Under the pieces are notes generated by a model that saw nothing but the letters and a program-made list of their open reading frames with translations, made no database searches and was not told where the DNA came from. From contig JAYUBO010000198.1 in the NCBI GenBank assembly GCA_043740815.1, positions 1-43,345 of the forward strand: a stretch of 43,345 nt of DNA, in the 5' to 3' direction. Both the position numbers and the translations under genes were made by a program. Shown piece after piece: positions 29,472 to 36,772 of the stretch; position 1 is the first letter of the stretch; the number at the start of each line of letters is the position of its first letter. Source of the DNA: Frankiales bacterium (GTDB lineage: Bacteria > Actinomycetota > Actinomycetes > Mycobacteriales > SCTD01).

Positions 29472-30425
29472 GTGCATCAGGTAGCGGTCATCTCCGGGGG
29501 GCTCTCCCACGAGCGGGACGTGTCGGTGCGCTCCGGGCGCCGACTTGCCGAGCAGCTCGTCAAGGCCGGGCTCGACGTCGACCACTGGGACGTCGACGAG
29601 CGCTTCGTCGGTCTGGTCTCAGACCGTGACGCCGACGTGGCCTTCGTCGCGCTGCACGGCGGGTCCGGCGAGAACGGCACGGTCCAGGCCCTGCTCGAGC
29701 TCGCCGGGCTGCCCTACGTCGGGTCGACGGCCGGCGCCTGCCGGGGCGCCTACGACAAGGCCATCGCCAAGACCCGCATGGTCGAGGCCGGCCTGTCTAC
29801 GCCGGCGTGGGTGACTCTGCCCAGCACGATTTTTCGCGAGGTGGGCCCGGAGAACCTCTACCACCTGGTCGACTCGGTCATCGGGCTGCCGTTGGTCGTC
29901 AAGCCCGTCACCGGTGGCTCCTCCCTCGGGGTGACCGTCGTCCGTGAGGAGAAGGACCTGCCGGGGGCGCTCGTCCAGGCCTACGCCTACGCGCCCGACG
30001 TCCTGCTCGAGGCCTACGTCCTCGGCCACGAGGTGACCGTCCCCGTCCTCGACCTCGGCGAGGGCCCCAAGGCGCTGGCGCCGATGCTCATCGAGCTGCC
30101 CGAAGGCACCGTCTACGACTACCAGGCCCGGTACGACGCCTCGTCCAACGTCCGCTACACCTCGCTGAGCGACGACGACCCGCGGGTCGACGTCGCCGCG
30201 GTGCGCGCCGTCGCCGAGCGGGTCCACAGCCTGCTGGGGCTGCGCGACCTGTCGCGCGTTGATGTGATCGTCGGGACGGACGGCGTGCCGCAGGTCCTTG
30301 AGGCGGCGGTCACGCCAGGGCTCACCGAGACGTCCACGTTTCCGCTGGCGGTCACCAGCGCAGGCCTTGAGCTCAGCGAGGTCTACGCGACCCTCGTCGG
30401 CAACGCGAAGAAGCGCGGCGGCTGA
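29472..30425 (+). CDS. D-alanine--D-alanine ligase family ATP-grasp protein (divergent, DdlB-length)
   Basis: 317 aa. Contains VAVISGGLSHERDVSVRSG, HGGSGENGTVQALLELAGLPYVGS, VVKPVTGGSSLGV and SRVDVIV...LEAAVTPGLTETS. It has Arg where DdlB has Lys215 (YQARY) and Ala where DdlB has Asn272 (EAA instead of ExN). Confidence 0.8.
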   Translation: MHQVAVISGGLSHERDVSVRSGRRLAEQLVKAGLDVDHWDVDERFVGLVSDRDADVAFVALHGGSGENGTVQALLELAGLPYVGSTAGACRGAYDKAIAKTRMVEAGLSTPAWVTLPSTIFREVGPENLYHLVDSVIGLPLVVKPVTGGSSLGVTVVREEKDLPGALVQAYAYAPDVLLEAYVLGHEVTVPVLDLGEGPKALAPMLIELPEGTVYDYQARYDASSNVRYTSLSDDDPRVDVAAVRAVAERVHSLLGLRDLSRVDVIVGTDGVPQVLEAAVTPGLTETSTFPLAVTSAGLELSEVYATLVGNAKKRGG

Positions 30426-30426
30426 G

Positions 30427-31134
30427 GTGGCGCTGACCGCCCTGCTCGACGGTGCGGTGCTGGCCGAAAAGACCGGGGACAACCCCCAGGTGCTCGCCCT
30501 GCACGGCTGGGGACGGACCCGCGCCGACTGGCTGCCGGTCCTCGCCGGGGTGGCCGCTCTCGCCGTCGACCTGCCTGGCTTCGGTGCCTCCCCGGAGCCG
30601 GCCACCGCCTGGGGCGCACGGGACTACGCCGAGCTTCTTGCCCCGGTCCTCGCGGGTGGCGGCTGGACCGTGGCGGGCCACTCCTTCGGTGGACGCGTCG
30701 CCGTACACCTGGCCGCGGGGTGGCCCTCGCTGATCTCCAAGGTGGTCCTGACAGGCGTCCCGCTGCTACGGACGACGTCCACGGCTAAGGCGCCGCTGGC
30801 GTTCCGGCTGGCCAGGAAGGCCCACCGGCTCGGCCTGCTCTCGGACGACGCGATGGAGCAGCAGCGGCGGGCGCGCGGCTCCACGGACTACCGCAACGCC
30901 ACCGGCGTGATGCGGGACACCCTGGTACGCCTGATCAACGAGGACTACCGCGAGCAGCTGGTGCGCATCGAGGCGCCGGTGGAGCTGGTGTGGGGTGCGT
31001 CGGACACCGCCGCGCCCTTGGCGATGGCCCGGGAGGCCTGTGGGCTGTTGGCGCACGGGACGCTGAGCGTCTCCGAGACGAGCGGCCATCTGCTCGACGA
31101 GGGGCTGTACGAGCTGCTGGCGCGGGCCCTGTGA
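30427..31134 (+). CDS. Alpha/beta hydrolase
   Basis: GTG 30427 lies 1 nt after the ddl-like stop. Contains LALHGWG, the nucleophile elbow GHSFGG, GASDTA (Asp) and SGHLL (His). The stop overlaps the next start (GTGA). Confidence 0.75.
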   Translation: MALTALLDGAVLAEKTGDNPQVLALHGWGRTRADWLPVLAGVAALAVDLPGFGASPEPATAWGARDYAELLAPVLAGGGWTVAGHSFGGRVAVHLAAGWPSLISKVVLTGVPLLRTTSTAKAPLAFRLARKAHRLGLLSDDAMEQQRRARGSTDYRNATGVMRDTLVRLINEDYREQLVRIEAPVELVWGASDTAAPLAMAREACGLLAHGTLSVSETSGHLLDEGLYELLARAL

Positions 31135-32633
31135 GCGTGCTGGTGCAGCTGCTGTGTGTCGCGGCAGCCGTGGCAGGGACCCCCCGCTGGCTGCGCGTCG
31201 CCCAGCGCGAGCACTACCTCCCCGGATCGGTGCTCTGGACCGAGCAGCTCTGGCTGAGCCGATCCCTGCCGTCAGTGTTGCTCTACCTGCCGGTCATCGG
31301 GTTGTTTGCCCTCGGGGTCGTCGTGAGCCCGTGGTTCTACGTCGGTGCCGCGGTCCTCGCGCAGACCACCCCGCTCGGGCTGCCCTACCGGGGGCGCACG
31401 TCGCGGCTGGCCTGGACGCCCCGGCTCCGCCGGCTCTGCGTCGTACTGGGGCTGCTCGTCGTTCTCGTCGCGGTCTGGTCACCTGCGCTGGCCAGCTGTA
31501 CGTCGCTGTTCCTCACAGCCCTGGTCGACCTGGCGTTGCTGAGCCTGACGCCGGTCGAGAAGAAGCTGTCCAGCGCCTTCCTCGAGCAGGCCCGGGCCAA
31601 GGTCGCAAAGGTCCGGCCGACGGTCGTCGCCATCACCGGGTCCTTCGGCAAGACGACCACCAAGAACTACCTCGCGCACCTGCTCGCGCAGACCCACACG
31701 GTGCTCGCGAGCCCCGCCTCCTTCAACAACGCGATGGGGCTGTCGCGGGCCGTCAACGAAGGCCTGGTCCCGGGGACGGAGGTGTTCGTCGCCGAGATGG
31801 GTACCTACGGCGAGGGTGAGATCCGCAGGCTGTGCGAGGTGTTCCCGCCCGACATCGCCGTGATGACCGCCATCGGCGAGGTGCACCTGCAGCGGATGAA
31901 GACGCGCGCGGGTGTGCTGCGTGCGAAGACCGAGATCACCGAAAAGGCCCGCACGGTCGTGCTCAACGTCGACGACGACCTGCTCGCCGGTCTCGCTGTT
32001 TCCCTTGCCGCACAAGGCAAACAGGTCCTCCGCTGCTCGGTGCTCACGGTCGATGCGGACGTCTGCATCGTGGAGGGAGTGCTGCATGTACGCGGGGACG
32101 AGGTCGGTCCCGTCACCCTGCCCGACGCCGTCCACCCGGCGAATGCGGCCTGCGCGGTCGGGGCTGCCGTGGCGCTCGGCGACGACCCGGCCGCCCTGCT
32201 CGGACGCCTCGCGACGATCCCCAACGTGGCCCACCGCCTGGAGCCGGTCGCCCAGCCTGGCGGCAGCTGGATCCTCGACGACACCTACAACTCCAACCCT
32301 GCCGGAGCCGCAGAAGCGGTACGCCGGGCGGTGTTGCTCGCCTCCCGCTCAGGTGGTCGTGTGCACGTCGTCACCCCCGGAATGGTCGAGCTCGGCGCCT
32401 ATCAGAAGGTCCGAAACACCGAGCTCGGCAAGGCCGTGGCTGATGCAGGGGCGGCCACCCTCGTGGTGGTCGGTCGGACCAACCTCCGTGCCCTGCGCAA
32501 AGGTGGATCGGGTGGTGGGACGCAGGTCCTGAAGGCCGCCACCCGCGAGGCCGCCGTCGCACTCGTCGGGACGAGGTCGGCCACCGGGGACGTCGTACTG
32601 TTCGAGAACGACCTCCCAGACCACTACCCCTGA
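31131..32633 (+). CDS. MurF-family Mur ligase with polytopic membrane N-terminal domain
   Basis: GTG 31131 overlaps the upstream TGA. The first ~140 aa are hydrophobic (LVQLLCVAAAVAG, VLLYLPVIGLFALGVVVSPWFYVGAAVLA, LCVVLGLLVVLVAVW, LFLTALVDLALLSL). Then come MurF-type motifs: AITGSFGKTTTKNYL, FNNAMGL, VAEMGTYGEGEI, AIGEVHLQRM, DDTYNSNPAGA and VTPGMVELG. Confidence 0.8.
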   Translation: MSVLVQLLCVAAAVAGTPRWLRVAQREHYLPGSVLWTEQLWLSRSLPSVLLYLPVIGLFALGVVVSPWFYVGAAVLAQTTPLGLPYRGRTSRLAWTPRLRRLCVVLGLLVVLVAVWSPALASCTSLFLTALVDLALLSLTPVEKKLSSAFLEQARAKVAKVRPTVVAITGSFGKTTTKNYLAHLLAQTHTVLASPASFNNAMGLSRAVNEGLVPGTEVFVAEMGTYGEGEIRRLCEVFPPDIAVMTAIGEVHLQRMKTRAGVLRAKTEITEKARTVVLNVDDDLLAGLAVSLAAQGKQVLRCSVLTVDADVCIVEGVLHVRGDEVGPVTLPDAVHPANAACAVGAAVALGDDPAALLGRLATIPNVAHRLEPVAQPGGSWILDDTYNSNPAGAAEAVRRAVLLASRSGGRVHVVTPGMVELGAYQKVRNTELGKAVADAGAATLVVVGRTNLRALRKGGSGGGTQVLKAATREAAVALVGTRSATGDVVLFENDLPDHYP

Positions 32634-32646
32634 TCGGAGCACCTTC

Positions 32647-33759
32647 GTGGGCCAGCTGGCCATCGTGTTCGGCGGACCGTCGCCGGAGCACGACATCAGC
32701 ATCCTGACCGGGCTGCTCAGTGAGCGGGTGCTGCGCGACGCGGGGCACGACGTCGCGCCCCTGTACTGGACGCGGACGGGGGAGTGGGTGCTGTGCCCCC
32801 CGCGCTCGGAGGCAAAGGACTTCCTGGAGGGTGCCCCGCGGGGTGCCACCAAGCTCGAGGTGACCCTCGGGGGCGGCTTTCAGACCCCCAAGAAAGGCCT
32901 CGGTGGCGGTAAGCCGCTCGCCCTGGACGTGGCCCTGAACTGCTGCCATGGCGGCGCCGGCGAGAACGGCGGCCTCAACGCGGTCTTCGACCAGCTCGGC
33001 CTCCCGATGACCGGCGGCCCCTCCACGCTGGCCGCCCTGGGCATGGACAAGCTCGCCTTCGGGGCGGTCCTGCAGGCCAACGCGATCCCGACCCTGCCGC
33101 GCGTCGCGCTCGGGGCCGAACAGGTCCCCTTCGACGGGCCGTACATCGTCAAGCCCCGCTTCGGTGGCTCGAGCATCGGGATCGAGGTGGTCGAGGACCT
33201 CGACACCGCCCGGGCGCTCGCCAGGACGTCGGTGCACCTGCGGCAGGGTGTCGTGCTCGAGCCGTTCTCCAAGGGCGCGATCGACCTGAACCTGGCCTAC
33301 TCGACGCACCCGTCCCTGCGCTTCTCGCTGCTCGAGAAGCCGCTCGCCCCGGCGGCCGCTGAAGGGATCTACTCCTACACCCAGAAGTACCTGCAGACCG
33401 ACGGGCTACAGGCCGCGCCCCGCGAGCTGCCCGCCCAGGTCCCCGCGGAGGTGACGGCCGAGGCAGAGCGCCTGGCGGGTGCCGTGCTCGCCGTGACGGG
33501 TCTGCGAGGTCTGGGGCGCCTGGACTTCCTGCTCGTCGACGACGTGCTCTACGTCAACGAGGTGAACACGATCCCCGGGTCCATGTCGCTCTACCTGTGG
33601 CCCTCGACGATCCCGGCCGCCGAGCTGCTGATGGGCTCCGTCGAGGAGGCCCGCGCCTCGTTCGGGTGGGCTGAGCCGGCGCCGTTCGAGCCCGGGGCTG
33701 CCCTGCGGGCGGCCGGAGGGATGGCCGGCAAGCTCGGTCAGATCGGCCAGAACCGGTAA
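32647..33759 (+). CDS. ddl: D-alanine--D-alanine ligase (DdlA-length, canonical active-site motifs)
   Basis: 370 aa with GTG 32647 after GGAG. Contains LAIVFGGPSPEHDISILTG, HGGAGENGGLNAVFDQLGLPMTG, VKPRFGGSSIGI, YTQKYL (Lys-Tyr retained) and GRLDFLL...NEVNTIPGSMS (ExN retained). Confidence 0.85.
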   Translation: MGQLAIVFGGPSPEHDISILTGLLSERVLRDAGHDVAPLYWTRTGEWVLCPPRSEAKDFLEGAPRGATKLEVTLGGGFQTPKKGLGGGKPLALDVALNCCHGGAGENGGLNAVFDQLGLPMTGGPSTLAALGMDKLAFGAVLQANAIPTLPRVALGAEQVPFDGPYIVKPRFGGSSIGIEVVEDLDTARALARTSVHLRQGVVLEPFSKGAIDLNLAYSTHPSLRFSLLEKPLAPAAAEGIYSYTQKYLQTDGLQAAPRELPAQVPAEVTAEAERLAGAVLAVTGLRGLGRLDFLLVDDVLYVNEVNTIPGSMSLYLWPSTIPAAELLMGSVEEARASFGWAEPAPFEPGAALRAAGGMAGKLGQIGQNR

Positions 33760-33827
33760 GCCTGCCGGGCCCGCGAGGTGCGCGGCTGGCCCCGTACCCT
33801 TTGTACGGTGAGTGAGCTGGCGAGTCC

Positions 33828-34580
33828 GTGACCGGTGGCTCGGGGGCGGGCAAGGCCACGGGCAAGCCCGCAGGGGTGTCGACGGGCCCGCGAGGGCGGC
33901 CAGCGGCGGGCGGCGGACGTTGGGTCAGCGTCGGACCGGAACGACTGACCAGGTGGGTCGAGGGCTTTGGTAACCGGCACGGCGCCTTCACGACAGCCGT
34001 GGGGGACGCGGCTGCTCCCGGGACGGTGGTGCTCGTCGCGGCGGACGGTTCCCAGGCGCATATCGAGGTGCCGTTTCCGCCGCTGGCTACCCCGACGGCT
34101 TCTCTGCTCGAGGCACTGCTGGCCCATGTCCTGGCGCCACGCACGGTGGGGGTGCTGCTGGTTCGGCTCGGGGGCTATGCCGCGGGCGTGTTCGACGGCG
34201 GCGTCCTGGTCAGCTCGAAGGTCGGCTCGCGGCAGGTCCACGGGAGGTCGGCTGCGGGCGGCTGGTCACAGCAGCGGTTCGCCAGGAGGCGGGAGGGTCA
34301 GGCCAGCGTCGCCCTGCAGTCGGCGGCCGACAACGCCGTCCGGATCCTCCTCGGCCGGCCCCTGGACGCGGTGGTGGTCGGTGGGGAGCGGACAGCCGTC
34401 GAAGCGGTACTCGACGACCGGCGACTCGCGGACGTGAAGGCGCTCGTCACAGGCCGGCTGCTCGACGTGCCCGACCCACGCTTGACGATTCTGCAGAAGG
34501 CGCCGTACCGGGACGTCTGGATCCGCGTGGTCGAGGCCGGGGGCCCTCCGCCGCTGCCCATGAAAGACTCACAGCCATGA
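33828..34580 (+). CDS. acVLRF1-like (Vms1/ANKZF1-type release-factor fold) putative peptidyl-tRNA hydrolase
   Basis: 250 aa. The core GYAAGVFDGGVLVSSKVGSRQVHGRSAAGGWSQQRFARRRE carries the GG-x-x-Q-type loop of the VLRF1 clade as I recall it. The exact start is uncertain because the N-terminus is Gly/Pro-rich. Confidence 0.65.
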   Translation: MTGGSGAGKATGKPAGVSTGPRGRPAAGGGRWVSVGPERLTRWVEGFGNRHGAFTTAVGDAAAPGTVVLVAADGSQAHIEVPFPPLATPTASLLEALLAHVLAPRTVGVLLVRLGGYAAGVFDGGVLVSSKVGSRQVHGRSAAGGWSQQRFARRREGQASVALQSAADNAVRILLGRPLDAVVVGGERTAVEAVLDDRRLADVKALVTGRLLDVPDPRLTILQKAPYRDVWIRVVEAGGPPPLPMKDSQP

Positions 34581-35620
34581 GTGAAATGCGGCTGTTGGCG
34601 GCTCCGAAGCCAGGCCGGCTCGGGGCTGTGGTCTACGCGCTGCGTACCACCAACCCGCCGCCGGACCGACCGATCGCCTCCCTCGACGTGGTCACCCGCT
34701 GGGTCGTGGTCACCAGGGCCGCCGTCCTGCCGATGACGCTGTTCGCCGGGCTCGTTGCCGGGCTGCTGGCCGTCCGCGCGGAGGGCTTCTCGGCCTGGAT
34801 GTTCGCCCTGGCGCTGGTCGGCATCCTGCTCGCCCACACCTCCAACAACCTCATGAACGACCTGGCCGACACCGACGTCGGCCTCGACACTGCGAGCTAC
34901 CCGCGGGCGCTGTACGCGCCGCACCCGATCCTGTCCGGCCTGGTCACGCGCAGCCAGTTGATGGCCGCGATTGGCGCGTGTGTCCTGGCCGACTTCGTCA
35001 TCATGGTGGTCCTTGCCGCGCAACGCGGCTGGCCGGTCGTGGCCTTTGCCGTCGGCGGACTGCTGCTGTCCTACGCCTACACCGCGCCGCCGCTACGGCT
35101 GAAGAAGCACGGTCTCGGCGAGCCGGATGTCTTCGTGACGTGGGGACCGCTGATGGTCGCCGGCACCTACTTCAGCTCCGTCGGTCACCTGCCGTGGCAG
35201 GTGTGGGTCGCGTCCGTGCCCTACGGACTGCTCTGTACGACGGTCCTCATGGGCAAGCACATCGACAAGATCCCCTACGACGAGCCGACCGGGACCCGCA
35301 CCATCCCGGTGATCCTCGGCGAGGAACGGGCCAGGGTCGTCACGATCGGGTTGGTGCTGGGGTTCTACGCCGCCGTCGTGGCGGCTGTCGCCGTACAGGC
35401 GCTTCCCTGGCCGTCCCTGCTGGTCCTGGTCTACCTGCCCGTGGCGTGGAAGGTCACCGGCGCGTTGCGGGCGCCGAAGCCGGCCGAGCCGCCGCCCGGC
35501 TTCCCGGTGTGGCCGCTGTGGTTCGCGGCGATCTGCTTCGTGCACACCGCCCGGGTGGGTGGGCTGCTCGTGCTCGGCCTAGTCGTCTCGGCCGTCTTCG
35601 AGATCGGACTGCCGCTGTGA
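34577..35620 (+). CDS. UbiA-family prenyltransferase (MenA-like)
   Basis: 347 aa and polytopic. The first Asp-rich motif is NNLMNDLADTD. ATG 34577 overlaps the upstream TGA (ATGA). Confidence 0.8.
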   Translation: MSEMRLLAAPKPGRLGAVVYALRTTNPPPDRPIASLDVVTRWVVVTRAAVLPMTLFAGLVAGLLAVRAEGFSAWMFALALVGILLAHTSNNLMNDLADTDVGLDTASYPRALYAPHPILSGLVTRSQLMAAIGACVLADFVIMVVLAAQRGWPVVAFAVGGLLLSYAYTAPPLRLKKHGLGEPDVFVTWGPLMVAGTYFSSVGHLPWQVWVASVPYGLLCTTVLMGKHIDKIPYDEPTGTRTIPVILGEERARVVTIGLVLGFYAAVVAAVAVQALPWPSLLVLVYLPVAWKVTGALRAPKPAEPPPGFPVWPLWFAAICFVHTARVGGLLVLGLVVSAVFEIGLPL

Positions 35621-35940
35621 TCGCGATGCTCTCGACCCTGTTGGCCGTGCTCCTGGTCGCTGTGGTGGTCCTCGCGTTGGGAGTCGGCCTGGCGATCGCG
35701 CCGTATGTGCTGAGCATCGACATGGCGGAGCGCCGGGGCTTCTCGAGCACCCGCTGGGGCGCTGTCGCCCTGGTGCCGGTCGGGCTGATGCTGCTCCTCG
35801 GCTTCGAGGTGGTGAAGCGTCAGGCGCCGGGTCTGCTGCTCGTGCCCGTGGCGGGGCTCGGGTGGCTCACCCCGCTCACCCTGCTGCTGGTCGACGACGG
35901 CTCGCGGCTCGGAGGCAGCGCGGGGGCGCACGAAGCCTGA
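35617..35940 (+). CDS. Small hypothetical membrane protein
   Basis: GTG 35617 overlaps the UbiA TGA (alternative ATG 35626). About 105 aa with three hydrophobic segments (LLAVLLVAVVVLALGVGLAIAPYVL, AVALVPVGLMLLLGF, LLLVPVAGLGWLTPLTLLLV). Confidence 0.5.
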   Translation: MIAMLSTLLAVLLVAVVVLALGVGLAIAPYVLSIDMAERRGFSSTRWGAVALVPVGLMLLLGFEVVKRQAPGLLLVPVAGLGWLTPLTLLLVDDGSRLGGSAGAHEA

Positions 35941-35942
35941 GC

Positions 35943-36677
35943 TCAGGGGACGGCGATCACCTTGAAGGACTCCGCGAGGCGCCCCTCTGGAAGACCACCG
36001 GCAATGGCGTTGGCGCCGAGCCAGCCACGAAGCATGCCCTCGAGGTCGTCCATGTGGGCGGTCTGGCTGACGTGCCTGCGCAGCGCCTCGACCTTGCGGT
36101 CGAAGGTGCCGGTCACGTCGACCCAGCGGTTGGCACCGCCGGAGGCGCCGGCAGCCATGACCCACACGTCGTGAACGCTCCAGGCGTCGAGGTTCTCGTC
36201 CTGCAGCAGCGAGGTGTGCGTGAAGGGGTTGCGCGCGTCGGGATAGACCGCACACAGCGTCGCCTCGCCCGCCGCCCGGTGGTCGGGGTGGGACGCGCCA
36301 AGGCGCTCCCAGTTGATCTCGGGGCTCTGCATCATCAGGCGCTGCGGGCGCACCTGGCGGATGACCCGGCTGATGTCGCGGCGCAGGTCGAACGACGCGA
36401 CGAGCTGACCGTCCGGGTAGTCCAGGAAGCGGACGTCGGCGACGCCGACCTCCTTCGCGGCAGCCCGCTGCTCGTCCCGCCGGATACCGGCGATGTCGGT
36501 GCGGGCGACCGCCGGGTCGAAGCCGCCGGCGTCCCCGGCGGTACACAGCAGGTAGGTGACCTCGATGCCTTCGTCGGTCCAGCCCGCGATGGTCCCCGCC
36601 GCGCCGAAGTCGATGTCGTCGGGGTGGGCCACCACGACCAGGGCCCGTTCGGTCTTCGTCGTGTCGGAATCGCTCAT
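35943..36677 (-). CDS. PIG-L/LmbE family deacetylase
   Basis: 244 aa. Contains ALVVVAHPDDIDFGAAGTIA and HPDHRAAG, the zinc-binding motifs of the family. Confidence 0.85.
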   Translation of the reverse strand: MSDSDTTKTERALVVVAHPDDIDFGAAGTIAGWTDEGIEVTYLLCTAGDAGGFDPAVARTDIAGIRRDEQRAAAKEVGVADVRFLDYPDGQLVASFDLRRDISRVIRQVRPQRLMMQSPEINWERLGASHPDHRAAGEATLCAVYPDARNPFTHTSLLQDENLDAWSVHDVWVMAAGASGGANRWVDVTGTFDRKVEALRRHVSQTAHMDDLEGMLRGWLGANAIAGGLPEGRLAESFKVIAVP

Positions 36678-36772
36678 ACGGGAAGTGACACCTGGGGTCG
36701 CGATGTTGTTCCCGGTGACGAGAAGCCGTCACGTGCGGGACACTGACGAGCTCACCAGAGGAAGTCAGGACA

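Noticed and set aside
29472-33759. Reading the Ddl-like and MurF-like genes as a vancomycin-resistance (van) cluster.
   Set aside because: No vanH-type dehydrogenase, vanX/vanY peptidase or vanRS two-component genes are visible. Both Ddl paralogs keep the omega-loop Tyr associated with D-Ala-D-Ala specificity.
35936-35947. Perfect 12-bp palindrome CCTGAGCTCAGG containing the stop codons of both convergent genes (small membrane protein and PIG-L deacetylase).
   Set aside because: It is real in the sequence, but most simply a coincidence of two TGA stops 2 nt apart. It is too short to argue for a terminator or a binding site.
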